A DNA stretch of 64,000 bases from Candidatus Omnitrophota bacterium (GTDB taxonomy: Bacteria > Omnitrophota > Gorgyraeia > Gygaellales > JAQTUX01), in contig JAQTUX010000001.1 in NCBI GenBank assembly GCA_028707125.1, positions 269,639-333,638 on the forward strand. The letters are read 5' to 3'. Positions 36,403 through 44,179 of this stretch are shown piece after piece. Both the position numbers and the translations under genes were made by a program. Numbering within the stretch: the first letter of the stretch is position 1; the number at the start of each line of letters is the position of its first letter. Below the pieces are notes generated by a model. That model did not search any database, was not told the origin of the DNA, and saw only the letters and a program-made list of their open reading frames with translations.

Positions 36403-37993
36403 AGTCATAAGATTGCCCGGTTTTTTCAAGAAGCGGCAATTCTCTTCAGGGCCGAATTGCTGCCTGATACCTCCTTTGGGACTGGGGCTTATCAGCGCGC
36501 ACCTTCGCTCCAAAGATATGCCGGTAGAGCAGGCGGATCTCAATATTGAGATCCATCACAATAATTACTATTCCGATTCAGCCGCGGACAAGATTGATAC
36601 CGAGGTATTTTTTGACCTGCCGCGCGTAGAGAGATACGCGCTTGGCGGCAGCGATCAATATATAGATTCTATTATGGACAGGGCAGCCGGTAAGGCCGGG
36701 GTGGGCCAGGGGCAGTTTATGCTTCTTTCTCTGCCGGACAATATCGAGAATGAAACAAACCTTTCTTTCGCGCTGGCCTTTACGCGTTTTATCAAAGACC
36801 GATACGGCACCATAAACATATTGGGCGGGCAGGGGCCGTGGCTGGGCCATATGCGTTCCCGGTATGGCTGCCGAAATATAGATCATATCCTGCGCGGCGA
36901 CGGCGAATACCTTCTTGACCGGATTTTTGACGCGCCGGAAGCGGGCCCCGCGTTCTCCGGCGGGCCGTATCTGTCGGTTGAAGACGGCGGCAAGGTGATA
37001 ACTTCAAATAAGATATGCAGGCCGATCAAACCCGATTTCTCCGGCCTGCCCATGGACAAATACAGGTCCAGGCAGGAGGTGCTGGAGCATCCGCGGGAGC
37101 TTGGGGGTTTAATGGATGAATTCCAGAAAAATGGGGCGTTGCTTTTGCCGTACAGGTTTATCAGGGGATGCCCCTTTGAGTGCATCTTTTGTGTTTCCTC
37201 AACCCAGAGTTTAAGCCACGCGCTTTCTCCGGCGGAGATCGCCGGGCACCTGGAGTCCATGCAGGAACAATACCGGCCGGACGGGTTCTTCTTTTTGAAC
37301 GATACCATAAATATATCCAGGAAGTTCATAAATGAATTGTGCGATGAGATATTAAACCGCGGGCTTAAGGTCTTGTGGAGCGACTGCGCCAGGGCGGACA
37401 ACCTGGACAGGGACACGCTTTTTAAGATGCGCCGCGCCGGATGCATACGCCTGATCTTCGGGATGGAGACGGCCAGCCCCCGTTTGCTGAAGTACATAAA
37501 TAAACGGGTGGACCTGGCGCAGCTGGAGAACGTCCTGCGCTGGTCTGATGAGGCCGGCATCTGGACCGGGGTTGAGGTGATCTGCGGTTTCCCCCACGAG
37601 CGGGAGGAAGACATACGGGCCACGATCTCGTTCCTGAATAAAAATGAGGAATATATCAACCGCGTGTACCTGAATCATTTTGACCTGAGGCAGGGCAGCA
37701 TGCTTTACGATTCTCCCCGGAAATACGGCCTGAAGCGGGTCATTGAAGTCAATCAATGCACGCAGAGGGATTTCAGCAGTTATGTTCAGTTTGGCTTTGA
37801 CGAAGACGGGGGGCTGGCCTGGGAAGAAAAAGAGAGGCAGATGGAGCGTTCCCTGGGAATGGTCCGGGACAGCTGCGCGCGGGGCTCGAGGTTTTTTACA
37901 GACGAGCATCTTTTATTTTTTCTTTATTCCAGGTTCAGCGATAAGGAGAGGATAAGATCCATTTATCTCAAGATCCTCAAACAGGAGGGGTGA
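36383..37993 (+). CDS. B12-binding-like + radical-SAM protein (subfamily member 3 of 3, lacks the TPR head)
   Basis: IPPLGLGLISAHLRSKDMPVEQADL, FIRGCPFECIFCVSS, IFGMETAS. The 86-nt patch 37394-37479 differs at only 3 positions from 35755-35840 in the preceding gene. Confidence 0.8.
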   Translation: MPKRGIKVIRLPGFFKKRQFSSGPNCCLIPPLGLGLISAHLRSKDMPVEQADLNIEIHHNNYYSDSAADKIDTEVFFDLPRVERYALGGSDQYIDSIMDRAAGKAGVGQGQFMLLSLPDNIENETNLSFALAFTRFIKDRYGTINILGGQGPWLGHMRSRYGCRNIDHILRGDGEYLLDRIFDAPEAGPAFSGGPYLSVEDGGKVITSNKICRPIKPDFSGLPMDKYRSRQEVLEHPRELGGLMDEFQKNGALLLPYRFIRGCPFECIFCVSSTQSLSHALSPAEIAGHLESMQEQYRPDGFFFLNDTINISRKFINELCDEILNRGLKVLWSDCARADNLDRDTLFKMRRAGCIRLIFGMETASPRLLKYINKRVDLAQLENVLRWSDEAGIWTGVEVICGFPHEREEDIRATISFLNKNEEYINRVYLNHFDLRQGSMLYDSPRKYGLKRVIEVNQCTQRDFSSYVQFGFDEDGGLAWEEKERQMERSLGMVRDSCARGSRFFTDEHLLFFLYSRFSDKERIRSIYLKILKQEG

Positions 37994-38991
37994 TGGCCGC
38001 TGGCAATCCCCGTTTTTGCGATATCGTGGTCTCCAACCGGTGCCTGCTCAGGTGCAGGATGTGCAAGTCCTGGCAGTGCGGGCCTCAATCAAACGAGATT
38101 ACTCTTTCGGAGGCAAAGCGGTTCGTAGAGGGGCTTTCCGAATTTGTCAAGGAGCCCCTGGAAATAAACGTGATGGGCGGAGAGCCGTTATGGAAGGATT
38201 GGTGCCTGGACCTCTGCGCCTTTATTTCCAAAAAGGGCTTCAGGTCCATAATTTCCACAAATGCCTACCTTATAGACGAAGATATGGCAAGGCGCATAGC
38301 GGATTCGGGGTTGAACGTGCTGGCGATCTCGCTGGAAAGCCTGAATCCGGCGACGCATAATTTCTTAAGGGGCAGGGAAGATGTATTCTCCAGGGTGATG
38401 AAGGGCATAGAGAACATCCGCAGGTTCTGCGGCCCGGACCTGACAGTCACCATCCTCACCATAATAATGGAGAGGAATTTAAGCGAGATAATCGAGCTGA
38501 CGGAATGGGTGAACAGCGACAGGTTGTTCCAGAACATCTCTTTTCTGGCACTGCTGGAAACAGGCCTGGTAGAGGACAGGAATGGATGGTTCAGAAGCCC
38601 GGTGTACAAGGAGCTTTGGCCGCAGGACACGGAGAAGCTTTACCGCCTCATAGATGAATTAAAGGAGAAAAGAACGCGGGGTTACAAGATCTGGAATCCG
38701 CTTTCGCAGCTGGACGCGTTCAAAGATTATTATACCGAGCCGGAGCGGTTTATGAGAGAGACGCAATACCGCGTTCATGATTATATAATAGATTTAGATG
38801 AGAACGGCATTATCTACCTTAGCGGAGAGGCCCTGGGCAACATCAGGGATGATAATGTGCGGGGACTCTGGTTTTCAGATAAGGCGCAGGCGATCAGGGA
38901 GAAGATCGATGCGCGCGGCCCGGGGAAGAGGTGCTGCGTTATTAACTTTGTCTGCGCCTTCCCGCAGGACAGTGAATATGCCAAACGATAA
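37990..38991 (+). CDS. Radical-SAM paralog P12, with divergent C-terminal Cys motifs
   Basis: FCDIVVSNRCLLRCRMCKSW and MGGEPL are intact. The C-x11/12-G-x4-C pair is replaced (YRVHDYIIDLDENGIIYLS) and the CxxxCxxxxxC tail is replaced by GKRCCVINFVC. Confidence 0.8.
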   Translation: MMAAGNPRFCDIVVSNRCLLRCRMCKSWQCGPQSNEITLSEAKRFVEGLSEFVKEPLEINVMGGEPLWKDWCLDLCAFISKKGFRSIISTNAYLIDEDMARRIADSGLNVLAISLESLNPATHNFLRGREDVFSRVMKGIENIRRFCGPDLTVTILTIIMERNLSEIIELTEWVNSDRLFQNISFLALLETGLVEDRNGWFRSPVYKELWPQDTEKLYRLIDELKEKRTRGYKIWNPLSQLDAFKDYYTEPERFMRETQYRVHDYIIDLDENGIIYLSGEALGNIRDDNVRGLWFSDKAQAIREKIDARGPGKRCCVINFVCAFPQDSEYAKR

Positions 38992-39961
38992 ATCCCATAT
39001 GATTGGAAGGCCGAAATTCTGCGTTATAGAGGTATCGCATAGATGCATGTTCCGCTGCAAGATGTGCAACTACGGAGTATCCGCGCCCGAGCCGGAGGTC
39101 AGCGTCGGAGAACTGATAGGATACGTATCGTCATTCAAGGATTTTGTGAACACGCCTTTTGAGATAAACATCTCCGGCGGAGAGCCGCTTTTAAAAGAGG
39201 GCGCGCTGGAATTGCTGGGGTTCATCAGCGGCCTGGGATTTAACAGCTCCATGGCCACCAACGCCTATTTGATCAACAGGGAAAACGCCAGGCGCCTGGC
39301 GGATTCAGGGGTGGGGGTTGTCCCCATATCCTTGGACAGTTTAGATGGGCGCGTCCACGACTACCTTAGAGGAAAGGATGGGGCGCATAAGAACGCCATG
39401 GATGCCTTAAATTATTTTATGGAATACAGGGGCAGATTGAGGGGGGTGGTTATCCAGTCGATCATCATGGAGCCGACGCTGGATGGGCTGGTGGAGCTTG
39501 CCGGATGGGCCGATCAAAGGGACATCTCGGTATCATTTATGGCGGTAATGCGGCCGAATATGGTCCCTGTTGATTTAAGATGGCATGAAAGAGAGGAGTT
39601 CAGCTTTCTCTGGCCGAAGGATACCGCTAAAGCGCATTCCGTCATTGATAAGCTGATAGAAATGAAACAGTCGGGCTGCCGCGTAGATACGCCTGTCGGC
39701 CAGTTGAGGCGTTTTAAGTCGTATTTCGCCGATCCGCTTCAGTTCGTAAGAAAGGCCAGCTGCGGCCTGGGCGAGGATATCGTCCATATAAATAACAAGG
39801 GCGACATTTACCTTTGCTGCGAGATGGAACCGATCGGTAACGTAAAAGACGCCGATATACGCTATACCTGGTTTTCGCCGAAAGCCGCGCGGGTCAGGCG
39901 GGAGATAAAAAAATGCCGGAGAAATTGCGCGGAGATGATAAACTGCTATCGGGAGGAGTGA
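38978..39961 (+). CDS. SPASM/twitch-type radical-SAM paralog P13
   Basis: The ATG at 38978 (MPNDKSHMIGRPKFCVIEVSHRCMFRCKMCNYG) is preferred to the track start at 38798, whose Arg-rich extension overlaps P12. SGGEPL, SLDSLDGRVHDYLRG, SCGLGEDIVHINNKGDIYLC, PIGNVK, CRRNCAEMINCYREE. Confidence 0.8.
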   Translation: MPNDKSHMIGRPKFCVIEVSHRCMFRCKMCNYGVSAPEPEVSVGELIGYVSSFKDFVNTPFEINISGGEPLLKEGALELLGFISGLGFNSSMATNAYLINRENARRLADSGVGVVPISLDSLDGRVHDYLRGKDGAHKNAMDALNYFMEYRGRLRGVVIQSIIMEPTLDGLVELAGWADQRDISVSFMAVMRPNMVPVDLRWHEREEFSFLWPKDTAKAHSVIDKLIEMKQSGCRVDTPVGQLRRFKSYFADPLQFVRKASCGLGEDIVHINNKGDIYLCCEMEPIGNVKDADIRYTWFSPKAARVRREIKKCRRNCAEMINCYREE

Positions 39962-39965
39962 CGGC

Positions 39966-41636
39966 GTGAAGGCGGGGAAAATAAGCATTTTTTATAAAGA
40001 GCTAAGAAGCGCCTGCCCCAGGAATATAAAGGGGGTTTTCCGCAACCCGGGAAAGCTGCTGCGGTATGCCAGGGCATTTTTTAATTATGATATGGGGGCC
40101 GACGATAAGAACATGCGGCCTATGGATACGGCCAACGCATGCTGTTTATTCGGGGACTTTGAAGAGCTGCACGACAGGATCGCTGGCAGAGAAGGCGGCT
40201 ACAAAGATAAGATATCGAGCATCGGGTCCGCCTTGAGCCGGAAACAACCAGTGAAGATAAGCGTGGGGATATCGCGTTATAACTTCGGGCGGCTGCATAA
40301 GGTCTGCGAGCATGGAATGGCGCTTTTGGGAGAGAAGGCGGATCTATCAGGGATCGGTCTTGAGGTCTTTCCCGTCAAGGACCTGCCGCAGAATTTCATC
40401 GCTTATATTGAGGCATTGAAGCAGCGCCTTGACCCGCAAAAAATAGAACTCGTTGTCCACGACAATGAGTTGATGGATATCCTCAAGACCGTGGGGCTGC
40501 ACGCGCGGGTAAACGACGAGCGGGAGAAGGACCTCCTGCGGCTTCTGGGGGTCATAAGCGAACAGGTATTTATCGGGCCGCAGACGATCGTCTTTGATCC
40601 CTATCACAGGTGCAATACCAGATGTAAACATTGCTGGGTGCATACGCCCGGGGTCAGCCATCCCGAGGAGTTCCTTGACCGCAAATTTGATTTTGAGATA
40701 TTCAAGCGGATTATAGACGATGCTTCGGAGATGAAGGTGGACGGCATCATCCTGCAGGGTGACGGCGAACCGCTGATATACGACAAGTTCATGCCCATGC
40801 TCAGATACGCCAAGTCCAGGGACCTGGGTGTCCTGTTTTTTACCAACGGCATCCTCCTTGATAAGGAAAAATCAAAAGAGGTGATAGACCTGGGGGTCAA
40901 TGAGATATACTGCAGCTTTCCCGCCGGGACAGCCGTTACCTACGAAAAGATATCCTCTGTGCAGCCGGCGGAAACATTTTATAAGGTCCGGGATAACCTC
41001 AAGAGCTTTATGTCGTTAAGAAGGGGGATGAATAAACCGCATCCGCGGCTTATCATCAGCCACGTAATACATAATATGAATTATCATGAATTGACGGAGA
41101 TGGCCGGGATGGACGCCGATATAGCGCCCGACGCGGTCAGGTTCTACCTTATAAGGCTGGACGTGATGAACAGGTTCCTCCAGCTTGAGCCCCGTCAGAT
41201 AGAGGAGATAAAAAGGCAGGTGCCGGAGATCTCCAGGATCTTGAAAGAAAAGAACATAGAGTTCGTGGATAATTTCGGTTTCCAGCTGAACAATTATGAT
41301 GAAAAGACCGGCGCCTGGTCCAAGGATTTCTTCCTGAGGCACGGCTGCAATATCGGCTGGTATTTCAACCTTATACCGGCGAGATACGATATGAGCTTCT
41401 GCTGCCACCTGCGGACCGTGGGATACGTTGACAGGCAGTCATTCAAGGATATCTGGAACTCGGTGGATTACTGGCGCTGGAGAAGGCAGGCGAAATATTT
41501 AAAAGACAATAAATACGCGAAATTCGCCAACGGGCAGGTTCTTTATGACGAACATTGCGACCATTGCGATAATCACCAGACGATAATAAGGAATTTACGG
41601 GAGATCAGGAAGTATGGTCTGGATAAATACTATTAA
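39966..41636 (+). CDS. Radical-SAM/SPASM-like protein, 'CxxxCxxCW' subfamily; paralog of aa ~590-1057 of the 10415..13588 protein (GTG start)
   Basis: GISRYNFGRLHKV...EKDLLRLLGVISEQVFIGPQTIVFDPYHRCNTRCKHCWVHTP aligns with GISRFNFFKIHEV...ERDLLRLLGLIAEHPFIGPQTLVLDTTHKCNTNCAHCWIHNP. GDGEPLIY, and the C-terminal CNIGW...MSFCCHLR...CDHCDNHQ. Confidence 0.85.
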   Translation: MKAGKISIFYKELRSACPRNIKGVFRNPGKLLRYARAFFNYDMGADDKNMRPMDTANACCLFGDFEELHDRIAGREGGYKDKISSIGSALSRKQPVKISVGISRYNFGRLHKVCEHGMALLGEKADLSGIGLEVFPVKDLPQNFIAYIEALKQRLDPQKIELVVHDNELMDILKTVGLHARVNDEREKDLLRLLGVISEQVFIGPQTIVFDPYHRCNTRCKHCWVHTPGVSHPEEFLDRKFDFEIFKRIIDDASEMKVDGIILQGDGEPLIYDKFMPMLRYAKSRDLGVLFFTNGILLDKEKSKEVIDLGVNEIYCSFPAGTAVTYEKISSVQPAETFYKVRDNLKSFMSLRRGMNKPHPRLIISHVIHNMNYHELTEMAGMDADIAPDAVRFYLIRLDVMNRFLQLEPRQIEEIKRQVPEISRILKEKNIEFVDNFGFQLNNYDEKTGAWSKDFFLRHGCNIGWYFNLIPARYDMSFCCHLRTVGYVDRQSFKDIWNSVDYWRWRRQAKYLKDNKYAKFANGQVLYDEHCDHCDNHQTIIRNLREIRKYGLDKYY

Positions 41637-42825
41637 TTCAATGCGCCGATCTAAGGAAAGAGCCGCCTCAATAGCCTTCGGCATAGTGTTGTTTTTTCTG
41701 CTCCTTGAGCTTGGCATGCGCGCGGGAGCGGCCCTGCTGGCGTATTCGCAGGAACACAGGAACATAGTTTCCTTAAGGCAGAAACATACCTGCCGCATCG
41801 TCTGCCTTGGAGAGTCCACGACAGCCGGAGGGATGTATTCTTATCCGGCGCGGCTGGAAGAAGTCCTGAACAACGCCGGCATAGGCAGGGAATTCAGCGT
41901 GATAAATAAGGGCGTAGTTGGGATAGATACATCGGGAATACTGGCTGGTTTAGACGGCGTCCTTGATAAATATGAGCCGGATATAGTGATCGCGATGATG
42001 GGGGCAAACGATGAGCGGCCGCACCTGCTCTTTCATGTTGATTCCGGTTCGACGATAGTGGATCTTCTCGCCGGCTTAAAGACCGTTAAGCTGGCAAGAA
42101 TGCTTTGGTTTAATATCAATAGCAGGATCAGGCCGCCGCGGGCCATAAGGTCCGCCACGGAAAACAGCACGGTATATTTTGACCTGGGCCAGTTTTACAG
42201 GGACCGCAGGGAATATGTGAAGGCGGAGGAGATGTTCAGGGCCGCCGCGCAGGAGAATACGGCTGATTACAGGCCCTATTTTGAGCTGGGCTGCCTCTAT
42301 AAGAAAAGAGGGGATTTTTCCGGAGCGGCGGGGATGTTCAAGAGGGCGATAGAATTGGAGCCGGACAATGACAGGGCCTACAGAGGCATCCTGGCCATAT
42401 ATAATGAATTATCCCTTTATGGAGACGGAAAGGAATACCTTGCCTTGCTGTTGGAAATGAAAAAGAGGCACTATCGACCTTCGGCTATCATTACTCTGAC
42501 GCCCAATAACTACCGTAAATTGAAGGAGGCCCTGGAGAAGAGAGGGATACTGTTGGTCTGCGCGCAATACCCGATGCGCAGCATCGAGCCGCTGGAGGAG
42601 ATATTCGGCTCCGGGGAGGGCGTGATCCTTGTTGATAATGAAAAGATATTTAAGGACGCGGTCCGATCGGGAGGTTATGACAGGTATTTTACCGATACCT
42701 TTGGCGGTGACTTCGGGCACTGCACGGCAGAGGGTAACCTGCTTCTGGCGAAGAACATAGCTGATGTGATCATGGCCAGGGTGTTTGATAAAAATGGCCG
42801 GCTCGCTTATCGCAAAACCCATTGA
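41614..42825 (+). CDS. Membrane-anchored SGNH-TPR paralog 3 (GES nucleophile variant)
   Basis: Anchor IAFGIVLFFLLLELGM. RIVCLGESTTAGG, IVIAMMGANDE, GGDFGHCTAEGNLLLA. TPR-like insert (YVKAEEMFRAAAQENTADYRPYFELGCLYKKRGDFSGAAGMFKRAIELEPDN). Confidence 0.65.
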   Translation: MVWINTINSMRRSKERAASIAFGIVLFFLLLELGMRAGAALLAYSQEHRNIVSLRQKHTCRIVCLGESTTAGGMYSYPARLEEVLNNAGIGREFSVINKGVVGIDTSGILAGLDGVLDKYEPDIVIAMMGANDERPHLLFHVDSGSTIVDLLAGLKTVKLARMLWFNINSRIRPPRAIRSATENSTVYFDLGQFYRDRREYVKAEEMFRAAAQENTADYRPYFELGCLYKKRGDFSGAAGMFKRAIELEPDNDRAYRGILAIYNELSLYGDGKEYLALLLEMKKRHYRPSAIITLTPNNYRKLKEALEKRGILLVCAQYPMRSIEPLEEIFGSGEGVILVDNEKIFKDAVRSGGYDRYFTDTFGGDFGHCTAEGNLLLAKNIADVIMARVFDKNGRLAYRKTH

Positions 42826-42874
42826 CAGGGACAGCGGCCGCTATAGAATAAAATATACGTAGCAGAAAGGAAGG

Positions 42875-42982
42875 ATGCGTTTTATACTGACGGTATTATT
42901 AACGATCGCGGCTTTGGGCATGGATTGTTTCCTGTGGCTGCTTAAGAGGATCAAAAAAATATGCGTTTTCCCCGGGGGGTAA
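42875..42982 (+). CDS. Candidate 35-aa hydrophobic micro-protein (not in the ORF track)
   Basis: ATG at 42875 preceded by gaaaggaagg. Translation is MRFILTVLLTIAALGMDCFLWLLKRIKKICVFPGG, and the TAA at 42980-42982 ends 1 nt before the GT4 start. It has one predicted TM helix followed by a basic patch. This is the only sizeable intergenic gap inside the operon. Confidence 0.3.
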   Translation: MRFILTVLLTIAALGMDCFLWLLKRIKKICVFPGG

Positions 42983-42983
42983 G

Positions 42984-44177
42984 ATGAACATCCTGATGGT
43001 CCATCCTCATGATCTGTTCTCGGCGTCCGAACCTTGGACCATACGCATTGTTTCCATCGCCAGGGAATTTGTTAAAAGCGGCCACGGGGTAAAGCTGGTA
43101 TATTTTCCGCTGGAATGGGAAGGCCGTAGGCCGCGTAAACTTGGCCCCCATATTGACTGCTATCCCTTTTGCCGCAGGTCCGGCCCGCATATTTTAGCCG
43201 CCAATACCCTGCGCCTGTCAAAGTTAGCGGCCTGGGCGGATATCGTGCATTTTCAGAAGTGCTTCCATCAAGCGTCTATCCCCAGCATTATCGCGGCCCT
43301 GTTGAATAACAAGCCGCTTCATTATGATTGGGATGATTGGGAGGCCAAGATCTATGAGATCTCCACGCGGCCGGGTTTCTTAAGCTGCCTCATCCGGAAT
43401 TTCCTGGGTGCCCTTGAGGCATTTATCCCGCGGATAGTTGATACGGTGTCCGTTGCCAGCCGTAGATTAGAAATAGAGTGCAGGCGCCTGGGGGTAGGGC
43501 CGGACAGGATATTTGAGGCCCATGTCGGCGCAGATATTGACAGGTTCCGCCCCGATATTTCGGGTTCGGCGGTAAGGCGGCGCTATAATATAGGCAAGCC
43601 GCTTGTTTTGTATCTCGGCCAGCTTCACGGCGGCCAGTATGCCGAACTGTTCATCAGGTCCGCGGCAAAGATAACCCGCGGTTCCGGCCAGGACGCCGTG
43701 TTCATGATAGCGGGCGACGGATACCGGCGGCGGGAATTGGAAGAGCTCAGCCGCGGCCTGCGGCTTAACGGAAGCATGATCTTTACCGGGCCGGTCCCCC
43801 ATAGCGATGTCCCCGAATACATCGCCGCCTCCGACATATGCGTCGCCTGCTTTGAGAAGAACGACGTTACCTTGTGCAAGAGCCCTCTTAAGATAGCCGA
43901 ATATATGGCTTCGGGAAAGGCGATAGTCACCAGCGATGTGGGAGAGGCGCCGCGCATGGTAGGGCAGGCGGGGTTGATCACGGCCCCGGGAGACCCTGAT
44001 TCGTTAGCCGAGGGGATATTAAAGCTTCTGAGGCGGGAGGGTCTAAGGAAAGAGATGGCTTCGCGCAGCCGCCTGAGGGCGGAAGAGAAGTATAATTGGG
44101 CTGTAACGGCAGCGAATCTGATGCGGGCATACGGGAAGGCGGCGCGGATAAAAGGCCGCAAGGGAGGAAGGTCCTGA
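42984..44177 (+). CDS. Glycosyltransferase, GT4 family (GT-B, group 1)
   Basis: MNILMVHPHD...IRIVSIAREFVKSGHGVKLV, and C-terminal FMIAGDG...PLKIAEYMASGKAIVTSDVGE (EX7E-like region). Confidence 0.8.
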   Translation: MNILMVHPHDLFSASEPWTIRIVSIAREFVKSGHGVKLVYFPLEWEGRRPRKLGPHIDCYPFCRRSGPHILAANTLRLSKLAAWADIVHFQKCFHQASIPSIIAALLNNKPLHYDWDDWEAKIYEISTRPGFLSCLIRNFLGALEAFIPRIVDTVSVASRRLEIECRRLGVGPDRIFEAHVGADIDRFRPDISGSAVRRRYNIGKPLVLYLGQLHGGQYAELFIRSAAKITRGSGQDAVFMIAGDGYRRRELEELSRGLRLNGSMIFTGPVPHSDVPEYIAASDICVACFEKNDVTLCKSPLKIAEYMASGKAIVTSDVGEAPRMVGQAGLITAPGDPDSLAEGILKLLRREGLRKEMASRSRLRAEEKYNWAVTAANLMRAYGKAARIKGRKGGRS

Positions 44178-44179
44178 CA

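Noticed and set aside
13603-37909. Many other 60-260-aa minus-strand ORFs (for example 15229-15810, 25874-26491, 31356-31979, 32854-33633, 35875-36543, 36883-37659) and off-frame plus-strand ORFs
   Set aside because: All are nested in or antisense to strongly supported + strand genes, lack motifs, and would break the tight operon structure. I treated them as non-coding frames.
38798-38977. Arg-rich 60-aa N-terminal extension of paralog P13 in the ORF track; similar extensions occur at 13516, 30564, 44096, 51234, 52144 and 60711
   Set aside because: The extensions overlap the 3' ends of upstream genes in another frame, have no homology to the paralogs' N-termini, and downstream ATGs reproduce the family-typical N-terminus and the ATGA/short-overlap pattern.
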